Assembly: GCF_041956535.1 (NCBI RefSeq)
Contig: NW_027192192.1
Coordinates: 1-64,000 of the forward strand
Direction of reading: 5' to 3'
Source: Calcarisporiella thermophila CBS 279.70
Taxonomy: Eukaryota; Fungi; Calcarisporiellomycota
Length of the DNA stretch: 64,000 bases
Part shown: positions 1-11,815 of the stretch, piece by piece
Layout of the letters: each line of letters starts with the position of its first letter
Numbering within the stretch: the first letter of the stretch is position 1
Notes under the pieces: model-generated
Told to the model about the DNA's origin: nothing
The model's database searches: none
The model's input: the letters and a program-made list of their open reading frames with translations, nothing else
Program-made: the position numbers and the translations under genes

Positions 1-369
1 ATCTTTCTCTTAGTCGCCGATTTACCTCAATCGATAATAAGGATCCTCTGTTTCTTTTTAGTTAATTGATTCCTCTCTAACATAAATTCCTCATCTATTA
101 ATAACTGATGGTTATATAAATGGCAATCTTTTCTTTCAACTGTCCAAACTGGTCTTGATCCTTCTCCCTCACCTCTTTTTCGTGTTGCAATACGTCTCTC
201 GCGAGATATTTTCCGGCGCAATTGCGGTGGATATATCTCTGGAGACGATACAATCTCTCGAAGTCCTTCTTTCCCTCGACGCACACTTTACAAGCGTTCT
301 TGAGTTATTTGGAATCATAGAATACCAACTTAATGGAATAATACCAAGTCACCTTGCCATACTCACTGG

Positions 370-1796
370 TGGTTGAAATGTCAAATTTAGGATTTGTTCT
401 ATCCATGGTTATGTCGTTCAGTTGGGGGTTATCACCGCTATCTCTTCCAGTTTTCTAACGAAATCTTTCTAAGAATTTTGGGGAGTAGGATTCACGGTGG
501 GTTGGCATAGGCTCCTTTGCTTGGCCATATTTGTGAGAATGCGTTGATTGCTTCTGCGACGGGATCTGGTATGATGCTGAAGAATCGTGGGCGTCTCATA
601 TTGTTGCGTGATGCTAAGAAAGATATTGTCCTCTCTCCCCAGTTATTGTTGATGTGCCTCCATGCTTCTTCCGGTAGTAACCGTTCCTGTTTAGATGACT
701 TCCGACGGCTCTCCGTGTCTGCCTCTTCGTTTTGTTTGCCTGGAAGGTATTCTGCTGTTATCTGAATATTATATCTTAAGTAGATCTCCCATATCTCCGT
801 GTCTATGTCTAGTAGAGATAAGCTCACCGTGCCTCCTTGGTTTTGGATATAAACCACAGCTGTCTTGTGCGTCTTGATTCTTATGTGTTTATTCTCCCAG
901 TGTTTGACGTGTAACTTTAGAGCGAAGAGAATAGCTCGAAGTTCTTTATGGTTCGATGGTGTTTTCCTCTCTGGGTCTGTCAATTGACAATGTGTTGTTA
1001 GGTGTGTGCTCACTATCCCCCAACCTGTTCTTGATGCTTCTGTCGTTGTGGTCACTGTTTCGTTCGGCGGTGGAATTCTTACATGCAAGCCGTTGTGAAC
1101 GTCTAGGAGGATTTCCCACTTCTTCAAGTCTTCTATTGTTTCTTTTGAGAGTGGTACCACCTTCTTCCATCCTTGGTTGGCTCTATGAAAGTGTTTTCGA
1201 GGTCTCTTTGTAAATGTCCATGAAAAATGAATGCTAGTCTCGGTGTCGATGCTAGGAGATCTGCTAGTGATGCTACTGGTCTCGTTGTCCTCGGCTTTGT
1301 CTTTGCAAACATATGCCTTGTCTAATTCGTGCGACTTTTCTTTTGGGAGTTTGATATCCAAACTTTTTGTATTGATATCGAGTTCCAGGAATACCTGTTG
1401 TTCCTCGGCGCCAATTCTGATTTTTTTTTCGTTGACGATGAAGCCGAGAGCGTGAAGGTATTCTATCAGTAGTCTTGCTTGATACTTTGATTGGGTTTCT
1501 GATTGGCTCATTAAGCAGATGTCGTCGAGATAATATGTTAGGCGAATCTTTGTTTTCTTAATGGCTCTAACACGGTTTTCATTAGTTTTGAGAAAATTCG
1601 TGGGGCACAAGCTAAACCGAATGGCATTGCTTTGGATGAGTATGTCTCCCCTCGATTTTTGAACGAGAGGTATGGCCTGTTCTTCGGGTAGATCGGTATT
1701 GTTAGGTAAAGCTTTGTTGGATATATCAAAGGTTAGAAAGAAAGCGTCGGAAAACCAACTTTTTTTGTCATTTTTTAGAAGCCCAGGGCTACACAA
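370..1796 (-). mobile_element. Degenerate DIRS-type retrotransposon pol (RT, RNase H, methylase-like domain), frameshifted
   Basis: RT motifs AMPFGLACAPRIFSKLMK (1538-1729 frame) and YLDD; RNase H TEASRTGWG, KELRAILFAL and YLPGKQNEEAD; then SRNN..RFFS and AFSQIW..YANPP*ILLPKILRK, typical of DIRS. Pieces lie in different frames with stops. Confidence 0.85.
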
Positions 1797-2769
1797 AAAT
1801 ATCGAACCCTCTAAGTGATCTCTTATGCGTGAGTAATTCCCTTAACTTTTTTTAAGCACTTAATACGGGCAAGAAAATAGTTGGAATATGGCTCAGACTC
1901 TGTATTGTTGTTAGAATTTGATCAAGTTAATATGGGCTTTATCGCATATTTTTTTGATCCAGATAGCCTCATTGTCAATACGATAACACAGTTGCGTTAA
2001 TAGGTAGTCAAGGTTTTGGTACGAGAAAATGTTAAGGGAAAAATAAATAAAATATATACAAAGGCATAAAGATCGAAAATTCAAATAGAGAGATAAGTGA
2101 CAGTTGAGGAAAGATTGGTCAGTTATTGAGAAGCTTCGAAACACATTGAATTTCTGGAACGATGTTATTATAATTAAGGAGTTCGATTCTCTCCTCTAGT
2201 AATTATTGTATCGTTGAAGAAATATTGACAAGTTGCACGGGCACTATATTTCCATACTTTATTCTTCGTTCTGGATATCACCAAATTGGAATCGAGAAAG
2301 CGTCCCCAAAACCACATTTCGTATATGTTACTGCAATTACAAGTCACTTACCTCTCTACATGAAATTAAATCGCGACCCTTACAGTATTTTCGGATGAAT
2401 TGGACTGAAACTCTTGTCGCTTGACTTGGCTGCGTTATGCTTAAAATATTAAGAGAATATACATGGAGCATAGATAGTGCAAGCTATATTTGTCAAGATT
2501 TATTGGTATTGTGTAGAAAAAGGGGATACGCCATTGTTACTGTACCTAGATTAAATGCATACAATTGGCATAAAGGTATATCTTACGACCTTGTGGCGAG
2601 CAAATGCGGAAAAATGTATAAAGTATATACAGTCTTCCAGGTAGCGAATTGTACCCCTTTCCATAAGTATCGTTGTAGTAGATCCAGAATACTCAGGTTG
2701 CTTTGGCTGACTTCTAGGATGCGCGAATGAGAAAAAAAAAATCGTGAAATAGAGGTGTATCTGTCATTC

Positions 2770-3720
2770 TTAACCTTTATGCCCTTTTCGCACATGTTCA
2801 TTGTCATAATGCCTAATGAAGTCAAATCGATCAGAAAAAGTTTCAGTACATTCGGGACAGTTGATCTCAAGACGTCCGTGAGACGATGAACGAGATTCGG
2901 ACAAGTTCTACACCATACTACTGAGTAATATCGGACTTATATAGCGAAGAAAAGAAAAAGGACAAACCTGAGATATAATATCTTCAACAAATTGAATTTC
3001 CAACTTGAATCTTGGCAACACGCTACCTCCGCTCACATCTTTCCACTCATGAGAGTAGCGGCGCACACTTCCGTTTCGAATTTTCTTGAATATGTAGATT
3101 TTCTTGTTTTTAGAATCGATCAACCAACCCAACTCAACACCAGCAGGAAAATAGGTCCTTTTGAATTTTTCAGTAAGTTCGGCTAGCTTAGAGGGTCTTG
3201 AAACGTCTTCCACTTCAACCACGAAAATAGGATGAAAAGGCTGGCCTTGAAAAGTATCAAGCTGTCGCTCATCTAAAGCACAGTATGTTCCTTCTGGAGT
3301 AAAAGCGACATCTGGGGCCCTAATCTCTTTCCCCCCCAAGACAGCAAAATTGAAACCTCCTTGAGAACACGTGGGCCTACCATTTTGCTGAGAATAGATA
3401 TTCCAGCGCCTCAATTGACCAAAAATCTCTCCAACAACTAATTCTTTTCTTATTGGTGATTGAGGCATCGGTATAAGCCTACCCTTTGAATCATATTCAA
3501 AGTGGCTAATTGGAAGTTTATCAATCACCAGAGCGTGTGTTTTAAGCCAATCGTTGATTTTCTCAAACTGCTCGATTGTGTAAACGCGATCTGGCCGGTA
3601 GTTGTCAATCAAGTCCGATATCTCACCATTTATTGCGGGCATCGCATCATTTTGTGCTTCTGTCGCCGATGCAGTTGGTAATTGGATGATTTTGTACCGC
3701 GAACGAGCTGGACAAGACAT
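2770..3720 (-). CDS. Uma2/DUF820-family PD-(D/E)XK nuclease with C-terminal C2H2 zinc finger (exons 3720-2968 and 2907-2770)
   Basis: IRAPDVAF..PIFVVEV..YFPAGVELGWLID motifs; a 60-nt phase-0 GT-AG intron (2967-2908) joins an exon reading NLSESRSSSHGRLEINCPECTETFSDRFDFIRHYDNEHVRKGHKG*. Confidence 0.8.
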
Positions 3721-3899
3721 CTCTGAAAATTTTATAGTCTGTTCAATATATGCGTCTTAATATTTTGGCCATTAAATCTGATAGCGCATACAGTCCGGAC
3801 GCAAGTCACGAGCTGAAATTATTTCAGTTTAATCTTTCAAAAATGTGGTGAGATAGGGTTTAGGGCTGAATGTTGATAAAGAAAACTACTATTTCTATA

Positions 3900-4445
3900 T
3901 TATTTTCAGGAATATATGATACCCTGATTATCCTGACTGCTTGCAGGCTGATCCCACTTAAGTATACTACGGCCATTAGGGTGGGAAATATGAAGAAAGA
4001 GGATGTTCACATAGGCAAAAAATGCATTCAATTGATCGAGAGAGTGCTTGGTTCCATAATTCTTACGAGATTGTCGCACAGTTTGAGGTTATACCGCTTG
4101 CAATAGAGCTTGCTCGTGCCTATATTGAAAACACCGTCTGCTCTTTCCAGAGCTATTTTGATCAACTAAATAGGAAAAAAAAAGCTTTCATACAGACATG
4201 AAGAATTAATACGTGAAAATGTGCACATAGTAGCAACGGTTCGGAACACAACTTTCAATCATGTGCGAGAAATTCTGGGAAGAATGACGATACTAGAAGC
4301 TTGCGCTTTTCGTCACCCGGACGATATTTCAACGCGTCAGGTTTGAGTGTCAATATGATGCTTTTTATCTTTGCTCAAAATCACAAGCTTCATTAGCCAA
4401 ACCACTGGAATCCGAATATGTTCAAGAGGCAATAGCAGTGCTAAA
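3900..4445 (+). pseudogene. NB-ARC NLR relic
   Basis: Nucleotide similarity to 46020-46500 (IVAQFE.IPLAIELARAYIENT; tcacaagcttcattagccaaaccactgga); many frameshifts. Confidence 0.8.
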
Positions 4446-4825
4446 AATTCTACGTGGTCTGTGTGTCTATGAGGATGTCGGAACATATATGAATTAAATT
4501 AGTTACTTTACTATTACATATTTATGTTCACGTGAAAATTTTCTATCATTTCGTCCAGGTGCGCAAGCAGTAATATAAAGGCACCCACCGCATCATTGTT
4601 TGATTTCCCTTTCATACGCAATGTCATGAGGAAATTTTCAGACGAAATGAAGAGTCCTGCGAATTCACTAGCAAAAGGGACAGATACAAGAAATACTGTG
4701 TTTATTAAGTCATTCAGCAATCCAAAATGGGTCCTAAGAACCGTAGTCTCAATATATAATTATGTCAATTCCAATTCAATAGATTTTGTAATAAAATTTC
4801 TGGTGTGACCTAGAGTTATATGGTG

Positions 4826-5161
4826 CTACTTAGATAAGGTCTCAAGAGCATTGGGACCACATCTGCATGTATCACTTCCAGCATTGCAAGGAAAAGTGCC
4901 ACTGCCTTTCACTTGGATACAACGTTGTTGATCGTAGGGTTGACACCCCATATAAGTACTTATAAGACCATTGGGGGTACAAGTGCACCCGTTGCAAAGA
5001 TCATCACATGTAAATCCCTCTGTTCCAAATGCAGCAATGCATTTCTGATAAGAATATGGACGATCATTAGGATATGGCCTATCGGCGCACCCCATAACTG
5101 TACTCTGGAAAAGCGCAGTGAAAAGTACAAAAATATATACAGCGATGTTGAGTTTTTCCAT
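4826..5161 (-). CDS. Small secreted Cys-rich protein, pacifastin-like (copy 1, STYMGC)
   Basis: Signal peptide; CNGCTC..G..STYMGC motif; two internal Y..xCI...G..F.C repeats; two paralogs in the window. Confidence 0.85.
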   Translation of the reverse strand: MEKLNIAVYIFVLFTALFQSTVMGCADRPYPNDRPYSYQKCIAAFGTEGFTCDDLCNGCTCTPNGLISTYMGCQPYDQQRCIQVKGSGTFPCNAGSDTCRCGPNALETLSK

Positions 5162-5688
5162 AGGCAGATCTAGTTTTGAAATGTGAGAGTGAGCACTTTG
5201 ATTTCGTTGAGGGCCGAAGGAAAGGATATATACTCAGCTTACTCTGTTAAAGCTCAACCAAAAATCGATTTTGTTTTTCGATATACCCAAAACCTATTAT
5301 CATTTACAACTAATTTATAAATTAGTATTGCATTTCCACTATCAAGTAATTAAAGTGTGTCGTGGAATCTGTGAAATTTTCAGATATTACGGAAAGCAGA
5401 AACCTGGCGTAGACTAGATTTTTCAATGATTTATTGTAAACTATTTACAATGAGAGGTCTAGAATAAGAATGAGAATAAAAAATATAAGAAATAAAATAA
5501 TTGAGAGCCGGATGCCAATTCCTACTTGCAGGGGTCGGGATCTGAAGCCGCATCTTTGTCTCGGAATGGGGTTGTTAACCTATTATATAATACAAAACCA
5601 ATTCTTTACAAGGAAAGGATCCAAGTAATAGCCAGGACTAAACTGGATATGTAAATTACCTGATTGGAAAGCAGAGCGATCGTAGGTA

Positions 5689-7018
5689 CAGTTAATCGAA
5701 AGACATAATTTGGTAATTTTACTTCATAATTTAATATCACAGTAAACCCTTGTAAATTATGGATAATAACAATATTATTGAAAATATATACAACACTGAG
5801 GCTAATTTTATTAATATGTGAAACCCGTGTTTAAAAATGATAAAAATTATAATGTTGAGGGGATAAGTTGAAAAAAGTGCTGAAATATCCGTTACGAATA
5901 GGCCAGTGACATATACAGATTTTACAAACCGTCTATTGTTCACTTATTTACTAATGCTTTGTGTGTCTTCCATTTGCATTAAATAATGCACGCATCCGCC
6001 CTGGCATGCTCGCATATGGCTTATAGACATATTCCACATTTATGCTTTCACATTTTTTTCTCAATGCGTTCCCATAGAACATCCTTATTCTTCGGTGGTC
6101 ATTGATAATTGCTTCTGTAATATGCGCACCGAAAGCGGAGGATGGATTTTGCGAAGGAATACAAAGACTGGACAGAAGATGATTGGAAAAGAGCAATATT
6201 CTCTGATGAGACGCAGATTACATTCGCAAATGCAAATGGAAGAGAATACAACTAAAAGCACAAAGGAGAGCCGCTCCGTAGTTGCCATATCAAGCCAACG
6301 CTCAAACAAGGGGATGAGCCTTAAATGGCATGGGGTTGCATCACTTCTCATGGCGTCGGTAACATGTGCCGTATCGGCGGAGGGCTCGACTCCGTATTAT
6401 ACACCACCATCCTCAACGATGATTATCTCGGATCGTTGGAATAATATTTCACAGGTCATATTCCAACGTGACAACGATCCAAAACACATATCAAAGATAA
6501 CCAGAAGATGATTACGACGCAACAGGATAGATGTACTAAAATGGTCTTCGCAGTCTCCAGATCTATATATCATGATGCACATCTGGAGTGAATTGAGGCC
6601 TAGTGTAAGCTAATATTAGAAACCGCTGAAGAATAAGGACGAACTATGGGAACGAATTGAGAAAGAATGGGAAAGCATAGATATAGAATATGTTAGCAAG
6701 CTTTTATGCATGCATGCCAGAGTGGATGCGTTCTGTATATAATGCTAAGGGAGGACATACAAAGTATTAGTAAATAAGTGAACAATATACGATTTGTAAA
6801 AACTGTGTATGTAAATGGCATATTCATATATGCCATTTATTTAAGTATATCTCAATACTTTTTCAACTTAAATCTCCGGCGTTTTGGATTTTCTATTTTA
6901 AACATGGGTGTCATATATTAATAAAACTAGCGTTAATGCCATATAATTTTTAAAGATAATTCCCATCCATAGTATCCAGGGGTTTGCTGAGATATTCAAA
7001 ATGAAAGTTATCAAATTA
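5689..7018. mobile_element. Degenerate Tc1/mariner DNA transposon with fold-back (inverted) arms
   Basis: TA|CAGT left end at 5687-5692; + strand DDE motifs WKRAIFSDE, FQRDNDPKH, KWSSQSPDL and GGHTKY*; 5689-6100 is an inverted copy of 6620-7018. Confidence 0.85.
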
Positions 7019-7224
7019 GCCCTAGTCCTAGTGGAGGCTGCAAAATCGCATCATCAAATGGATTAGATGAGATGGGAAAGCCCCAACTGATATTAAAATT
7101 TGTCATGTCAATTCTAAAGTGTATTATTTTGCGTTCTGCCAAAAGTCGATAGGTGAATAATGGTTGCTGATCCTTCTGCAGCCTTGCAATACATCCAGAC
7201 CTGATATAGGAGGAAAGGCACGAG

Positions 7225-8070
7225 GATATGGTCATCAAATGGACTCAAGATCGGCTGGAAACTCAAAGTGGACACTTCTATTGGACAATTTAGTCGATAG
7301 GATTATCAAGCAGAGATTTCAAAAATTGCCTCGGGAGGATGGGTATACCCTATATCACCCTGACTACTCGTGAGCCGATCTCACTTAGTACGCTACATCG
7401 ATGTGAGAAATGTGAAGAAGGAGGAAGCTCTCAATTACTTTGTCATGATACACATCCAATTGATCGAGAGAAGACAGTTTCGTAACACTTATGAAACGAT
7501 TACGCACATTGAGTTGATGCTGTTTGTAATCAAGCTGGCGTGCTTACGTTGAAAATGCCGCCTCATCTTTCCCCAGTTATTCTGATCAGCTGAAAAAGAA
7601 GAAAGAGATCCCGCTTGCATATAGGTATAAGAAATCAATAGATGATTAAGAGCACATAATAGTAGCGGTTTGGAATATATCTTTCGATCGCGTGCAAGAA
7701 ATTCCACTTTTTTCTACTCGAATAAAACTCCACTTTTTGAGCATCAGTTTTTTGCGCTCGATCTATGCTCAAAGACACGTCCTTAAACAAAGCGCTGGAA
7801 GATATGAAGACGCTCAAGAGGCAATAGCGGTGTTAATTAATTTCTCCATTTTATCAACTACAGTTAACGAAACAGGCATCCACTAAAAGGTATTAAATTT
7901 ATTAAGGATGTATCTTCTCGCGTGTGAAAAAACTTATACTACAATTGAAGGGGAGCAAAAATAAATTGGGCGAGAAAGCTCTCCAAAATTCTCAATCGCG
8001 AGACACGAGGTATTAAGGTATATGATAACTGCGAGAGATTGTTTATGTGGGTACACCTACACATACCCTC
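7225..8070 (+). pseudogene. NB-ARC NLR relic
   Basis: KWTLLLDNLVDRIIKQRFQKLPREDGY matches KCLLLLDNLDDRIAKQMFRMLPREGGY of the 46 kb NLR; EDAQEAIAVLINFS matches the 36 kb NLR; frameshifted. Confidence 0.8.
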
Positions 8071-8578
8071 GAATGCATAGATAAGTCAAATAGACGAAGA
8101 AATTGAATGAACAAATAAAGAAAACGAATACTACATCAACTGAATCTTGAATATAGCTTAAATTATCCTTTTTCTAGTTCGCCTGTTCCTTTATTTTTCT
8201 GTAGGTATACGTGATCTCTGTGTTTATGAGGACATCGGAAATATACAAATTATTAACTTCTATACCATTACATACCTACAAGTATTCAAAAGTTTCCTAT
8301 CATATCAGCCAGTTGCGCAAACCTATTTATAAAGACATCCACCGCTACATTGTTTAAATTCCCTTACACAATGTTATGAGTGAAATTTCAGACGAAATGA
8401 AAAGTCTTGCGAATTCACTAGCAAAAGGGACAGATACAAGAAATACTGTGTTTATTAAGTCATTCAGCAATCCAAAGTGGACCCTAAGATCCGTATAGCC
8501 TCAAATTATAAATTACGTCAATTTCAATTCAATAGATTTTGTAACAAATTTTAAGATGTGACCTAGAGTTATATGGTG

Positions 8579-8920
8579 CTACTTAGGTTTCAAGGTTTCA
8601 AGAGCATTGGGGCCACATCTGCATGTATCACTTCCAGCATTGCAAGGAAAAGTGCCACTTCCTTTCACTTGGATACAACGTTGTTGATCGTAGGGCGGAA
8701 AACACGCCATTAGAGTACTTATAAGACCAGAGGGGGTACAACTGCACTGGTTGCAAAGATCATCACATGTAAATCCCTCTGTTCCAAATGCAGCAATGCA
8801 TTTCTGATAAGAATATGGACGATCATTAGAATATGGCCTATCGGCGCACCCCATAACTGTGCTCTGGGAAAGCACAGTGAAAAGTACGAAAATATATACA
8901 GCGATGTTGAGTTTTTCCAT
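8579..8920 (-). CDS. Small secreted Cys-rich protein, pacifastin-like (copy 2, STLMAC)
   Basis: Near-identical to copy 1 apart from the CNQCSC..STLMAC loop. Confidence 0.85.
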   Translation of the reverse strand: MEKLNIAVYIFVLFTVLSQSTVMGCADRPYSNDRPYSYQKCIAAFGTEGFTCDDLCNQCSCTPSGLISTLMACFPPYDQQRCIQVKGSGTFPCNAGSDTCRCGPNALETLKPK

Positions 8921-9829
8921 AGGCAGATCTAGTTTTAAAATGTGAGAGTGAGTACTTTGATTTCGTTGAGGGCCGAAGGAAAGGATATATAATCAGCTTA
9001 CTCTATTAAAGTTCAGCCAAAAATCGATTTTGTTTTTTTTATAGCCAAAAACCTACTTTTACAACAAATATATAAGTTAGTAATACATTTCCACTATAAA
9101 GTAAATAAAGTGTGCCGTGGAATCTTTACGAAATTTTCAGATATTACGGAAAGCAAAAACCTGGCGTAGGCTAGATTTTTCAATAATTTATTATAAACTC
9201 TTTATACTGAGAAGCACAGAAAAAAGAAAGAAAAAAAATAAATGATGAACATCATGAAAAATAATTGAAAGCCGGAATATGTCGATCCTTGCAAGGGTCG
9301 AGAACTTACCAATTCTTTACAGGGAGTGGTTCTAGGTAATAAATTTATGTAAATTACCCTAATTGGAAAACGAGCGATCATTAGATATATAAAAGGAATA
9401 TGAGGTTTGGATATAGCGATGTTTTGCATTATGGATAAGCTACAGCATTACAGTATAAGAGGTAAGTACAGTTTTAAATAAACTAGCAACTAACTACATT
9501 CATCAGCAATAATGACCAATTTTGCTGCGAGACAAATCACTCGAGCCGTTCGATGGTAACCCAGGCTATTGAAATCTAAAACAGATCGAGGTTTAAAAGA
9601 ACTGAATAAGATATATCATTTGCTAACTTTTCTTTCGTCTCGTCCCAAAGTTCTTGCGCTTCAGTTGTGTTTTTGCATACCCCCTGTTGTCTTACTTCGG
9701 TACAATCCGTTTACATCGCGGTAAAATAGCTTTCGCGGGTGCTTTTTTTGACAGATTGTTTGGACTATTCTCTTTATCCTGGCCTATTATCGACACAGTC
9801 GTTCTGCTGTCCTAATAAAAATCTTAAGG

Positions 9830-10152
9830 AATTCGCATAAAAATCTTAGCCAAAATTTAAGGTTCCAAATAGAGACCAAAACAATTTCCCCAACTGGAGA
9901 GCTTCTGGCAACATCGTACCTCAAAGCCTACACAAATGCTCGATGTATACCTGGCAGAGACCCAAAAACACATCATTGGACTTGCAAGTCCCTCCTATTA
10001 CTCCTCAAAAATCACAGATCGGAACAGGGAGAATTACTCAAAATGAACTCGATGTCACCCTCGAGAATACCATACACCTCATCCACACGGCGGCAAAGAT
10101 CAAAGAATTACAAAGGAGGTTAAACTTCCCCAGGGAATGGTACGAGATGTAA
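9830..10152 (+). mobile_element. Possible non-LTR retrotransposon 3' relic
   Basis: One frame reads PTGELLATSYLKAYTNARCIPG..KTHHWTC, resembling a LINE C-terminal Zn-knuckle region; it begins where unit 2 similarity to unit 3 breaks. Confidence 0.35.
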
Positions 10153-10410
10153 AAGCCGTATAATAAAAGTGTTCACTTCATCATTCATTCAATTTTCCTT
10201 TATATGCAATATTTTGAGAAAATTTTCAGACGGATTGGAGTCTTGCGATATAACGATTAGAAGGCGCAAGTACGGGAAAAAATGTTTTTATTAATTCTGT
10301 CAAAGTGGATCGCTGCTATCTCAAACTATAATATTATATTTATACATTCCAAAAACTCATTGAATAGATTGCGCAACAAAATTAAGAGTATGGTCCAGAT
10401 TTAAATTGAA

Positions 10411-10725
10411 CTACTCTATGCATTCAATTGCTTCGGGACCACATCGGCAACTAGCATTTCCAGCATTGCAAGGCCATGTGCCATGGCCTTTCACTTGGAT
10501 ACAACGTTGATAATTGTAGCTTGGGCACCCCTTCTTAGTACTGATAACGCCATGGAGGCTACAACTGCACGAGTTGCAAAGATCTTCACATGTAAATCCT
10601 TTTGTTCCAAATGCTTTAATGCATATATCGTAATTATATGGACGATTGCTGCACTCAATAGCTGTGCACTGAAATGGTGCAGTGAAGAGCATGAAAATAG
10701 ATAAAATGATGACGAGTTTTCCCAT
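10411..10725 (-). CDS. Small secreted Cys-rich protein, pacifastin-like (copy 3, STKKGC)
   Basis: Signal peptide and the same Cys spacing; more diverged paralog. Confidence 0.85.
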   Translation of the reverse strand: MGKLVIILSIFMLFTAPFQCTAIECSNRPYNYDICIKAFGTKGFTCEDLCNSCSCSLHGVISTKKGCPSYNYQRCIQVKGHGTWPCNAGNASCRCGPEAIECIE

Positions 10726-11429
10726 AAGCAGACCTGACTTTTAAACGTGAGAGTAAGCACTATGAAGGCCGAAGGCTGGGATTGCCTATTATCATCTACA
10801 TCAATGATATAAATTAGGGGTTGCGATCTCACAATAGAGTAATTTGTGAAGAGTAACCATTACGAGATTTTTAGAAATCACAGAAAGCAGAGGCCTGGCG
10901 TAGACAAACTTTTTCAATGACTTAATGTGAATTGGCTACGATAAGAAGCGTAGCAAGAAAAAAAGAGAAAAAAACGGAAAAAAAATAAAAGAACGAAAAA
11001 TAATTGAATGGCGAGTGAGGTATTGTCAATCCCTACTTGCAAGGGTCGGGATTTGAAGCCGCAATTTTCTTCTGGAATGGAGTTGTAACCCCACTTAAAA
11101 ACGCACAAACCATTTCTTAAAGGGTAATACAGGTAATAGCCAGGGCTAAATTAGAGAATGTAAATCACTTGATTGGAAAAGTGAGCGATCATTAGGTATA
11201 TAAAAGGAATATGAGGATATGGATATATTCATATTTTTGCAATAAGTTACAGCATTACTGCATAGAGAGTAATAGTAGGTTAAATAAACTAATGTCTAAC
11301 CACATTCATCAGTAATAATTATCAATCTTGATGCGGGACCAATTACTCGAGCCATTCGATGGTAACCTAAGCAGATTATTAACAGCTAAAACAGATTGGG
11401 AATTATAAGAACTGAACAAGGTTAAATCT

Positions 11430-11815
11430 TAGTCTTGTAACCTTTTCATTGACGGTGTTTTTTGAAGAAGCCTTTCTTTCCGGACTTTTACAATAAAATC
11501 ATTGCCGTGGAGTGTCCAACGAATGATTCTCACAGAAATACCCTGCTCTTTCGCCTCGTTCCTAGGTTCTTGCGTTTTGACTGTATTTTTGTATACTCCT
11601 GTTGCACTACTTCGGCACAATCTGTTTGAATCATGGTAAAAATAACTTTCGGGGGCGCATTTTTTTTTGACGAGACAATTGCATTATACTCTTTATCCTG
11701 TCGTATTATCGACACAGTAGTTCTGCTGATGTCCTCACGAGCGGCAATATCACGTGTGGAATACCCATCGAGGAGGACAGATATACGAGCACGTTGAATA
11801 GGTGTGATGCGACAT
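11430..11815 (-). mobile_element. Tc1-type transposase N-terminal (HTH) relic; shorter homologous relic at ~9625-9810
   Basis: Reads TPIQRARISVLLDGYSTRDIAAREDISRTTVS and GISVRIIRWTLHGNDFIVKVRK, the Tc1 bipartite HTH pattern; frameshifted. Confidence 0.65.

Larger units (their letters stand above)
4450..11730. repeat. Tandem segmental triplication of the secreted-peptide unit (~4450-5688, ~8208-9810, ~10180-11730)
   Basis: Shared flanks such as gaaagcagaaacctggcgtagac (5392/9149/10883), cttgcaRgggtcg and tattatcgacacagtMgttctgctg (9786/11705). Confidence 0.85.

Noticed and set aside
2170-2200. GTTCGATTC B-box/T-loop-like sequence
   Set aside because: No A-box, D-arm or acceptor stem; not a tRNA.
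2233-2730. Short + strand ORFs between DIRS and Uma2
   Set aside because: Possibly decayed coding sequence, but no recognisable motif.
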